Source: Candidatus Omnitrophota bacterium (GTDB lineage: Bacteria > Omnitrophota > Gorgyraeia > Zapsychrales > Zapsychraceae). From it: a stretch of 64,000 nucleotides of DNA. The stretch covers positions 2,411 to 66,410 of the forward strand of contig JADFYE010000004.1 of the NCBI GenBank assembly GCA_015233195.1, read 5' to 3'. A model generated the notes under the pieces. That model did no database searches, was not told the DNA's origin, and worked only from the letters and a program-made list of their open reading frames with translations. The translations under genes were made by a program, and so were the position numbers. Below are positions 44,050 through 52,291 of this stretch, in pieces (the first letter of the stretch is position 1; every line of letters starts with the position of its first letter).

Positions 44050-45090
44050 TTGCGTAAATTTTGTTTCCGAGTGGATGGCGGGAGTATTTATTCAGTTGCT
44101 ACCGGGCATATAACCCGTTGTTTAAAGACTGCCCGATATTTGAAGGCGCGGGGAGAGCAGGATTTTGTTTTTTTTATGAGGGATTATCCGGAAGGTATCC
44201 GTCTGGTGGAACCGGAATTTAAAGTTATACGGCTGCCTAAAGATATCCCTATTGAGGATGAGATCCAGTTAATGGGACCTGAGTTTAACAAAAATACATT
44301 CTTTTTTTGCGATATAAGAAATCTGACGCAGAAATATATTGATGCCGTGCGTAGCGCGTGTAGAAAATTTATTTTATTTGATGATCTCAGCGTGAAAAAT
44401 TTACAGCCAGATATTTTGATTAATCCTACACCTTTTAGTTACTTAAATTATAATACGAAGGTTTGTGTGCATACGAAATTGCTGCTGGGTGAAGAATATT
44501 TTTTTGTGAGCGATCATTTGGTGAAACAGGCGCGTAAAAGGGATTTTTCTAAAGATCATTTTAATATTCTGGCGTCTTTTGGCGGAGCTGATCCTTGCAA
44601 TATTACGGAATATTTTTTAAATGAGATTGTGCCATTGTTAACGCCGCATACAGTCACAGTGGTTCTGGGACCTGCGTATAAACTGGCGGCAGAAGTACAA
44701 GTAAAATACGCGTCGTTGAAAAATGTAAAATTTGTGGTTGGACCTAAAAACTTGGATGATCTGTTTTTAAGTAATGATATTGCGTTTGTATGCGGCGGCG
44801 ACACTTGCATTGAATCTTGCTGCAGTGGGGCAGCCACATTTGTGATCTCCTCAATTAGTTATGAAAAACAATGCGCTGAAATTTTGAGCGCCCGGAATAT
44901 GGTGGTATTTGCTACGGACATAGAGGATATCAAGGCTGGTCGGGTTAATAAGAAATTTATGGATTTAATCAAAAAATCAGAACCAAGATTAAAAGCAATA
45001 TCGGATCAAGGTATGGTTCTAGTCGACGGATCCGGACTAAAAAAAATATATGATGCTTTAATGGAAGGAGAAATAAATGTCGCAAAATGA
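44050..45090 (+). CDS. PseG/SpsG-like nucleotide-sugar hydrolase (GT-B fold)
   Basis: 'FRVDGGSIYSVATGHITRCLKTARYL' resembles the PseG N-terminus, and the C-terminal 'CGGDTCIESC' region is GT28-like. TTG start directly after the previous stop. Confidence 0.6.
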   Translation: MRKFCFRVDGGSIYSVATGHITRCLKTARYLKARGEQDFVFFMRDYPEGIRLVEPEFKVIRLPKDIPIEDEIQLMGPEFNKNTFFFCDIRNLTQKYIDAVRSACRKFILFDDLSVKNLQPDILINPTPFSYLNYNTKVCVHTKLLLGEEYFFVSDHLVKQARKRDFSKDHFNILASFGGADPCNITEYFLNEIVPLLTPHTVTVVLGPAYKLAAEVQVKYASLKNVKFVVGPKNLDDLFLSNDIAFVCGGDTCIESCCSGAATFVISSISYEKQCAEILSARNMVVFATDIEDIKAGRVNKKFMDLIKKSEPRLKAISDQGMVLVDGSGLKKIYDALMEGEINVAK

Positions 45091-46132
45091 AACAGAGTAT
45101 GTCCGTATTAATAAAGACCAATTTTCCATGGATACACCGGAGCGCGAACGAAAATGGGAAGAAACCAAGCGTGATTTCAAAGCGTATTGCGTGAATCGAT
45201 ATCAATGGTTCAATTATCCGAAATGGCAGTACATTAATGATTTTCCTTTGCATGTGGATTTTGAGGCGTCATTCCGCTGTAATTTAAAATGCCCAATGTG
45301 TTTTCGACCGCATATCCGCCGGAAGGACTGGAATGATATGGATTTTAATTTGTTTAAAAAAGGCATTGATGAGTGCGCGGCTAATAATTTGTATTCCATC
45401 CGTTTGAATTGGCGAGGCGAGCCTACGGTTAATCCCCATTTGATTGAAATGGTAGCTTATGCTAAACAAAAGGGAATCAAAGATGTTTCTTTCATCACCA
45501 ATGGAAAATTAATCGACCGGAAATACGCGGCTGAATTGGTGAAAGCAGGTCTGGACTATATTACTTATTCTATTGACAGTATGTATGCTAAATATGAAGA
45601 ACTGCGTTTTCCAATTAAATTCGACGAGATCACCCGTAATGTCCGGGATATGCATGATCTTCGGGAAACTATTGGGAACGGTTTTCCGAGGATTAAAATA
45701 CAGGCGATCTGGTCTTTTATGAAAGATCAGTCACAGGAATTCTACAATTATTTTAAAGATATCACGGATCTCATCGCGTTCAACACCTATGATGACTATA
45801 CTCTTACGTTCATGCCTCAAAATCCGGCATTGATCTGTCAGTATTTATGGCAGCGGATTAATATTACCTGGAGCGGAGAAGCGCCGATGTGTATTTCGGA
45901 TTGGGATCTTGCAACCAGCGTGGGAGATTTGCGTAATGAATCTATTAAAGAGATGTGGCATGGTAAAAAAATGAATGAATACCGCAAGATGCATAGCAGC
46001 GGGAAACGTTTGGATTTAGATTGTTGTAAGCGGTGTCATCGTCTAGCCGTGCCTAATGTTGGTAATAAGCCAGCAGGAAAAGATATTGAACAGGTTGGAT
46101 CACCAGCTAACCCGGTTATGAACGCGGAATAA
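45077..46132 (+). CDS. Radical SAM protein with SPASM/twitch-like C-terminal Cys extension, paralogue A
   Basis: 'FRCNLKCPMCF' (CX3CX2C), 'NWRGEPTV', 'FITNG' and C-terminal 'PMCISD...CCKRCHR'. RBS ggaaggag. Confidence 0.8.
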   Translation: MSQNETEYVRINKDQFSMDTPERERKWEETKRDFKAYCVNRYQWFNYPKWQYINDFPLHVDFEASFRCNLKCPMCFRPHIRRKDWNDMDFNLFKKGIDECAANNLYSIRLNWRGEPTVNPHLIEMVAYAKQKGIKDVSFITNGKLIDRKYAAELVKAGLDYITYSIDSMYAKYEELRFPIKFDEITRNVRDMHDLRETIGNGFPRIKIQAIWSFMKDQSQEFYNYFKDITDLIAFNTYDDYTLTFMPQNPALICQYLWQRINITWSGEAPMCISDWDLATSVGDLRNESIKEMWHGKKMNEYRKMHSSGKRLDLDCCKRCHRLAVPNVGNKPAGKDIEQVGSPANPVMNAE

Positions 46133-46146
46133 TAGCGAAATATAAA

Positions 46147-47679
46147 ATGAAAATATTACTCGTCGCTCTTCAGAATGCAGGATCACGACCAGGATACAGC
46201 GGATTATTTTTTCCGTTTGGGCTGGCTTATGTGTCCGCTGTTTTAAAGAGAGATGGGATTGGGTACGATTATATTGATCTGCACACAGAACAGATCCTGC
46301 AAGGCGGGAATGTTGATGCTTGGGAACAAATAAGCCGGTTTCCTCTGGAATCTTATGATGCGGTTTGTTTTGGCGGAACATTTATGAATTTTGTGGTATT
46401 GAAAGATTTATCTCAAAAGATCCTGCAGAAAAATGACCGTATATTCCAAATTGCAGGTGGCAATATGGCGACTATGATTGCGGATGTCATATTAAAAGAG
46501 ACAGCGATTGATTGTGTCTGTCTGCATGAAGGGGAAGAAACGATCGCGGAATTGATCAGGGCTGTGCAGACCTCACAAAACTGGAAGGATGTTAAAGGGA
46601 TAAAATTTTTGGATGAAAATAAGACGGTGAAACAATCGTTACTTCGGGAAAAGATTAAGGATTTGGATCAGGTGCCTTTTCCTGACAGAGAAAGCTGGTC
46701 TTTTAATATTATCCGCAAAGCATTCCCGTTTGGATCCCCGGGGCGTTATTGCGCGATTGTATTTGCCAGCCGCGGTTGTCCGTTCTCGTGTGTATTTTGC
46801 AGTCCAGGATCCGGACGTACGGTGCGCGCCAGATCGCCTAAAAATATTATTGAAGAATTGAAATACTTGAAAGAAAAATGGAATGTCAGGTATGTGCGGT
46901 TTTTTGATGAAGTATTTATTGCGAATAAATCGACGATCAAAGAATTTTGTCGTCTGTTAAAAGCGGAACAATTAAATATATTCTGGTGGTGTCAGACGCA
47001 AATAAAATTAGTGGATCGGGATTTGTTAGAGGTTATGCGAGATGCTGGATGTATCGAGATCGCGTATGGAATCGAATCAGGATGCAATGATATTTTGCAA
47101 GAAATGCGTAAAGGTATCACCAAAGAAATGGCGAAAGAGGCGATCGAAATGACTTATGCTGTGGGCATACGACCTTCGCTTAATTTGATTGCAGGTACTC
47201 CTTCTGAAACATATGCGACGCTGGATGAGACAAAGGAATTTATTAAGTCTTTGAATTATATTAATTGGGTTCAGATCCCGACGATAGATTTCATTGTGCC
47301 TTTACCTAACACGGAGCTTTTTGATATTGCGGTTGAGAAAGGGATTATAAAAGACACGAACAAATATTTAACAGAGGATTTGTATACATTCGACAAATAT
47401 CGGGTGGCTCATAATTTGACACAAATGCCTTCTGACGGTTTTTACGCGAAAATACAGGAATGTAATAAAGCCATTGCTGAAGATCATTATAAAAAACATC
47501 CGGTAAAGAGGATTGCTGCTTTCTTAGGGACTGATCATTTGCGCTGGGAGTTGATGCTTAAGTGGTTTGATTTTAAACAGATTAAGCCTTTGTTTGAGGC
47601 GATTTTGTGGGCGACGATAGGGAAACGAAAAAATAAATGTGGGTTATTGGTGGCTCGAAAAATATATGCTCGGGCATAA
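46147..47679 (+). CDS. B12-binding-domain radical SAM enzyme (class B, methyltransferase-like)
   Basis: N-terminal Rossmann-like B12-binding region ('MKILLVALQ...', 'CFGGTFMN', 'IAGGNMAT') followed by 'ASRGCPFSCVFCS' (CX3CX2C). 510 aa. Confidence 0.8.
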   Translation: MKILLVALQNAGSRPGYSGLFFPFGLAYVSAVLKRDGIGYDYIDLHTEQILQGGNVDAWEQISRFPLESYDAVCFGGTFMNFVVLKDLSQKILQKNDRIFQIAGGNMATMIADVILKETAIDCVCLHEGEETIAELIRAVQTSQNWKDVKGIKFLDENKTVKQSLLREKIKDLDQVPFPDRESWSFNIIRKAFPFGSPGRYCAIVFASRGCPFSCVFCSPGSGRTVRARSPKNIIEELKYLKEKWNVRYVRFFDEVFIANKSTIKEFCRLLKAEQLNIFWWCQTQIKLVDRDLLEVMRDAGCIEIAYGIESGCNDILQEMRKGITKEMAKEAIEMTYAVGIRPSLNLIAGTPSETYATLDETKEFIKSLNYINWVQIPTIDFIVPLPNTELFDIAVEKGIIKDTNKYLTEDLYTFDKYRVAHNLTQMPSDGFYAKIQECNKAIAEDHYKKHPVKRIAAFLGTDHLRWELMLKWFDFKQIKPLFEAILWATIGKRKNKCGLLVARKIYARA

Positions 47680-47707
47680 TTATGAAATTAAAAGGAGAAA
47701 GGATTGT

Positions 47708-48493
47708 ATGGCAGAACAAAAACAAAAAACTTATTGGAAGTCATTTTTAGGAATTCCCATTTATAAAATTGATTGGCATTGGAAACGATTCCTTTATAAG
47801 ACATTTGGTTTTACATTCGATAAATTGAAAAGTCAGGAAGTATATTGGAATACCCGTGGGGTTAGTTATTATTCTGAGTTTTTTGATTCTGAATATTATA
47901 AGTATGAAATATTTTTTCAGGACTTATTGATTAAAGAATTAAAGAATTTGAATTTTTCAAGTTTTTTTGAGGCGGGTTGTGGTTTTGGCTGGAATGTCAA
48001 ACGGGTTAAGAAAGAATTCTCTGCTGTAAGAATCGGCGGATTGGATTTCAGCGCTCCGCAATTGGAAAACAGTAAAAAATATCTTCCGGAAATTGAAATG
48101 CCGTTTAAAGTCGGGGACGCGTGCGCTATGCCTTTTGAAGATGACGCGTTTGATGTTGGATTTACGATGGGTGTTTTTATGAATATCCACGCGAGTAAGA
48201 TTGATAAGGCAATTGACGAGATGTGCCGGGTAGCGAAAAAATATGTGGTCCATATCGAATGGGATCAGAATAATACGACACCAGTTTTAAGGGAAAAGCG
48301 TATTTTTAAAACCAATATTGTGTCGCATGATTATAAAAAATTGTATGAGGCTAGAGGGAAAAAAGTTTTAAAGTTTTTGACGTATAAAGATTTTACCCAG
48401 GATTTTGCGAAAAGATTCCCTACTACCAAGGTTGGCACTTGGGAGCAATTTGAGGGACCTGAAAAATATACCGTAACTATTGTTGAAATTTAA
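47708..48493 (+). CDS. Class I SAM-dependent methyltransferase
   Basis: Motif I 'FFEAGCGFGWNV' and 'MPFEDDAFDVGFTMGVF'. I prefer ATG 47708 (RBS aaaggagaaagg) to ORF-track ATG 47639, which overlaps the previous gene. Confidence 0.75.
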   Translation: MAEQKQKTYWKSFLGIPIYKIDWHWKRFLYKTFGFTFDKLKSQEVYWNTRGVSYYSEFFDSEYYKYEIFFQDLLIKELKNLNFSSFFEAGCGFGWNVKRVKKEFSAVRIGGLDFSAPQLENSKKYLPEIEMPFKVGDACAMPFEDDAFDVGFTMGVFMNIHASKIDKAIDEMCRVAKKYVVHIEWDQNNTTPVLREKRIFKTNIVSHDYKKLYEARGKKVLKFLTYKDFTQDFAKRFPTTKVGTWEQFEGPEKYTVTIVEI

Positions 48494-48529
48494 AAAATAT
48501 TATTTTAATTAATCGAAAGGAGTTTTTGT

Positions 48530-49588
48530 ATGTCAATGTTGAATCCAACCCAGTTTGATAACGATACGTTCTTGAGAAAGTTCATGCTTTTTCATAGACG
48601 GTCGCAGGGAAAGTTGTTTGCGTATTTGCGGAATCGTTTGTATTGGCATTATTTATGTAAACTCGGGATTAAACCTAAATTTCCCCCGCATTTAGATATT
48701 GAGCCAACGCCGTTTTGTAATATGAAGTGTCCGATGTGTTTTCAACAGCATATGGATATTCCAAAAGATGGTTATATGGATTTTAATTTATATAAAAAGG
48801 TGGTGGATGAATGTGCTGCTAATAATTTGTATTCCATACGTTTATGCCATCGCGGAGAGCCATTGATCCATGAAAAAATTGTTGAGATGGTCCGTTATGC
48901 CAAGCAAAAAGGCATTAAAGAGGTGTTTACTTTAACCAACGGACTAAAACTTGATGAAAAAATGATTAAAGATTTGATGGACGCAGGTATTGATTGGATT
49001 CAAGTTTCTATCGATGGGATGGGGGATTATTACAATAAGATTCGCTATCCTCAAACTTTTGACCAAGTGTTTGAAAAGATAAAAATGATGCATCGTATTC
49101 GTGAGGAAAGAAAAGCGTTGCGTCCAATTATTTGGATTCAATCGATTTGGTCTTCTGTTAAACATAATCCGCAAGAGTTTATTGATAAATTTAAACCATA
49201 CGTCGATAAAATTGCTTTTCACGTTGATTTTGATTATGAACATCGTTTCAAACCGGATCCTAATTTTATCTGCTATAGACTTTGGCACCGGATGATGATT
49301 ATGGCGGATGGTTCAGTTCCAATGTGTAATTCTGATTTTTTAAAGGAAGAGTTGGTTGGAAATGTGAAAACGCAATCAGTAAAAGAAATTTGGAATAATG
49401 CGAAGTATGAAAAAATCCGTCAGATTCACCGAGCAAAACGACGTTTTGAAATACCGCTTTGCAAAAAATGCAATTGGGGTAATTTGAAAGAAACGCGGGT
49501 TATTGATGTAAATGGAAAAAAAGAAACGATTCAAGTAAATGTACCTCAGGATGCATACAAGGAAGAATTAAAAGATATTACTTTGTAA
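48530..49588 (+). CDS. Radical SAM protein with SPASM/twitch-like extension, paralogue B
   Basis: 'PFCNMKCPMCF'. Long identical runs with paralogue A ('ECAANNLYSIRL', 'YAKQKGIK'). C-terminal 'PMCNSD...CKKCNW'. RBS gaaaggag. Confidence 0.8.
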   Translation: MSMLNPTQFDNDTFLRKFMLFHRRSQGKLFAYLRNRLYWHYLCKLGIKPKFPPHLDIEPTPFCNMKCPMCFQQHMDIPKDGYMDFNLYKKVVDECAANNLYSIRLCHRGEPLIHEKIVEMVRYAKQKGIKEVFTLTNGLKLDEKMIKDLMDAGIDWIQVSIDGMGDYYNKIRYPQTFDQVFEKIKMMHRIREERKALRPIIWIQSIWSSVKHNPQEFIDKFKPYVDKIAFHVDFDYEHRFKPDPNFICYRLWHRMMIMADGSVPMCNSDFLKEELVGNVKTQSVKEIWNNAKYEKIRQIHRAKRRFEIPLCKKCNWGNLKETRVIDVNGKKETIQVNVPQDAYKEELKDITL

Positions 49589-49606
49589 TCAATCGGGTAT
49601 TTTTTT

Positions 49607-50482
49607 ATGAAAGTATTATTTTTAGGGAATGATGGGAATTTGGTTCAAGTCATTTCACGTATGAAAAATACCGTGATTGTCGGTATTGTTGCCGATGAAG
49701 TGAACTTGCAAGAGCGGAAGATTTTTGGCTCTTCCGCTCTTTTTGCAAAACATAAAAAGATTCCCTTTGTTTCACAGGAATATTTTCATAAGCATTATAA
49801 CCGGTTGATATTGAGACAATGGAAAGATGTGGATGTTATTTTTTCGCAAGGTTATCATTATCGGATTCTGCCGGAATTGCTCAGTAACGCGCGGATAAAG
49901 ATCGTGAATTTTCATCAATCATTATTGCCGGATTATCGCGGACGCCATCCTTTGAATTGGGTTATCGTGAATGGGGAAAAGAAGACCGGCATCACATTTC
50001 ATTATGTGAATGAAGGATTTGATGAGGGTACGATTATTGTACAAAAGCCGATTACGGTTTCGCTCTCGGATGATGTTATATCTTTGTATCGGAAAACGAT
50101 TCGAGCTGCGGAAAAAATTTTACCGGACGTATTTAAAAAAATTGCGGATCCGGATTTTATACCACGAAAACAAAATTTATCCGCAGGACGTTATTTTCCT
50201 GTAAGGAAGCCGGAAGACGGGCGGATTAATCCTGAAGATTCAGTGGCTGTTGTGAAAAACAAAATACGGGCGTTAATTTATCCGTATCCAGGTGCTTTTT
50301 TTGAATATGAGGTGAAAAAAATTGTAGTTGATCAAATTAAACGTATCAACATAAAACGCAGAGACGGTAATCAGAATTTTATTTATAAAAATAATGGAAA
50401 ATTTTATTTAAAGTTGTCAGATGCAGTTGTTGTGGTTCAAAAGATTAGAAAGCAAAAAGTTTATTTTAAGAGAACTGAGTAA
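49607..50482 (+). CDS. Formyltransferase (Fmt/ArnA-N-like)
   Basis: 'VNFHQSLLPDYRGRHPLNWVIVNGEKKTGITFHYVNEGFDEGTIIVQ' is the formyltransferase catalytic signature (HxSLLPxxRG ... D). Confidence 0.8.
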   Translation: MKVLFLGNDGNLVQVISRMKNTVIVGIVADEVNLQERKIFGSSALFAKHKKIPFVSQEYFHKHYNRLILRQWKDVDVIFSQGYHYRILPELLSNARIKIVNFHQSLLPDYRGRHPLNWVIVNGEKKTGITFHYVNEGFDEGTIIVQKPITVSLSDDVISLYRKTIRAAEKILPDVFKKIADPDFIPRKQNLSAGRYFPVRKPEDGRINPEDSVAVVKNKIRALIYPYPGAFFEYEVKKIVVDQIKRINIKRRDGNQNFIYKNNGKFYLKLSDAVVVVQKIRKQKVYFKRTE

Positions 50483-50484
50483 GT

Positions 50485-52287
50485 ATGGAATATTATTTGG
50501 CGACTACTGGATTATCGGAGTATTGGGATCTTGAGTCTAAAAAGATTTTTTTGATATCTCCGTGGTGCGCGCGTTATAAAAAAAATGCAGATTTGTTGTT
50601 GTCATATGAGCACTCGTATATTTCTTCACCATGGGAAAGTCCTTTGGCTAAGAAAGAAGCGGGGGAATACTGTTGTCAGGTATATGACCGGGTGTTATTA
50701 AAATTAACAGATGTTATGAATAAAATACATGGTGTATCTTTTTCTGAACAGTATTGGCGGATCCTTTTAGGTCCTTGGTTAATAATGTTTATTGAAATGT
50801 TTTATGACCGTTATGGGCGTATCAAAAAGGCGTTTTTGGAAAACGAACAATTATATTCAAATGTTTTACCGGAGGATCAATGTCGTTTGCGGATAAAAGA
50901 TTTTTATCATTTTAAACAGATATTTTTGTATAAAAATTATAAACATTATGCGAATTTGATTTTGAGCAGTTTAATTATTCGGAAATTTTTTTCTTCTCAT
51001 ATGCGGGAGAAGCCATATGCGATGCAAGCTCCTGATTGGGATTGGGGTGTCAGGGAATCACATAGCGTAGTGTATAAAATATGGAAAAATATTTTTGGAA
51101 AGAAAAATGTTAAAGGGGTTTTTTGCGACACATATTTTTTTGGAAGGAAAGATAAAGCGGTTTTAAGCAGTTTGTTGGGAATAAATAAATTGGATTGGAT
51201 TGAATTTAATGACCTGCCGGTAGAAAATTTGAGTAAAGAAACGCGTGAAGATATGCGTTCGATGATTAAGTTGGATGATCCTAGGGATGTTTTTGAAGGG
51301 TTTATTTTTGAGGAAATTGGACAATGGATGCCCATGTGTTATTTAGAAAATTATGTTGCATATCGTAAAAACGCGTTGGATGGATGTAGGTTAGAGCATA
51401 TAAAAGTTATTGGATCTTCAGTAGGATGGGCGCCTAATGAGTTTCTAAAATTTTTAGCGGCTGAGGGTACAGATAAAAAGATTCCTTTAGTAGAATTTCA
51501 GCATGGAGGTGGATTTGGTGATTTTCTTTTTTCGTCAGTAGAGAAAATATCTTTTGAAAAGGATATATTTTACTCGTGGGGCTGGCATTCTAAAAATGGA
51601 AAAACTAAAGTTCTACCGAATCCGCATTTATCTAAAAATGTCGGGGTTTATGATCCAACGGGCGCAGAGGAAGATATTCTTTTTATTGGAACAAATTTTA
51701 CGATATTTTCATTTCGTTTTTTGAATTGGCCTTTTCCTGAAGATATGGATTCGTATTTTAATTCTAAAAAAGAATTTATCATGCATTTAAATGATTCGTT
51801 GCAGAAAAAAATTCTTTATAGGGGATATCCAGTTTCTCAGAGGGATGAAAATGGGATAGATGAATACGGGATGGATGAATTTAGTATTGTTAAAGGATTT
51901 TTTCCTAATATCCGGTTTTTAGAAGGACCAGGTCTGCTCAAAAAAATGAAACAGGTTAAGCTGGTAGTTATTGATCATTGTTCTACGTCTTTGTATGAAG
52001 CTTTGGTCATGAATGTTCCGTGCGTTTTTTATTGGGATCACAATGTTTATGTTTTAAAAGCGGAAACTGATCAGTATTTTCAAATGTTGCGTGACGCTGG
52101 GATTTTGCATCAGAGCGCTGAACATGCAGCTGAACATATAAATAAAATATGGGAAGATGTACCAGGCTGGTGGAGAAGGTCAGATGTGCAGGCTGCGCGG
52201 GAAAAAGTTTGCGCTCGCTATGCGTATGCAAAAAAAGATTGGATGAAGGATTGGGTTGATGAATTCAAGCGACTGTTAACGAGTTAG
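50485..52287 (+). CDS. Large orphan transferase-like protein (possibly LIC12162-type)
   Basis: 600 aa. The N-terminus 'YLATTGLSEYWDLESKKIFLISPWC' and C-terminal 'VIDHCSTSLYEALVMNVPCVFYWD' (GT-B-like ST..EAL) recall the putative transferase family seen next to sialic-acid genes, from memory and unverified. Confidence 0.45.
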   Translation: MEYYLATTGLSEYWDLESKKIFLISPWCARYKKNADLLLSYEHSYISSPWESPLAKKEAGEYCCQVYDRVLLKLTDVMNKIHGVSFSEQYWRILLGPWLIMFIEMFYDRYGRIKKAFLENEQLYSNVLPEDQCRLRIKDFYHFKQIFLYKNYKHYANLILSSLIIRKFFSSHMREKPYAMQAPDWDWGVRESHSVVYKIWKNIFGKKNVKGVFCDTYFFGRKDKAVLSSLLGINKLDWIEFNDLPVENLSKETREDMRSMIKLDDPRDVFEGFIFEEIGQWMPMCYLENYVAYRKNALDGCRLEHIKVIGSSVGWAPNEFLKFLAAEGTDKKIPLVEFQHGGGFGDFLFSSVEKISFEKDIFYSWGWHSKNGKTKVLPNPHLSKNVGVYDPTGAEEDILFIGTNFTIFSFRFLNWPFPEDMDSYFNSKKEFIMHLNDSLQKKILYRGYPVSQRDENGIDEYGMDEFSIVKGFFPNIRFLEGPGLLKKMKQVKLVVIDHCSTSLYEALVMNVPCVFYWDHNVYVLKAETDQYFQMLRDAGILHQSAEHAAEHINKIWEDVPGWWRRSDVQAAREKVCARYAYAKKDWMKDWVDEFKRLLTS

Positions 52288-52291
52288 GGAA

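Noticed and set aside
44168-44175. Homopolymer tracts inside glycan genes (T8 at 44168-44175, A8 at 45039-45046, A8 at 52981-52988) as Campylobacter-style phase-variation switches.
   Set aside because: A and T runs of 7-9 nt are frequent throughout this AT-rich window, including in housekeeping genes. They are not G/C tracts, are not concentrated at 5' ends and show no evidence of length heterogeneity.
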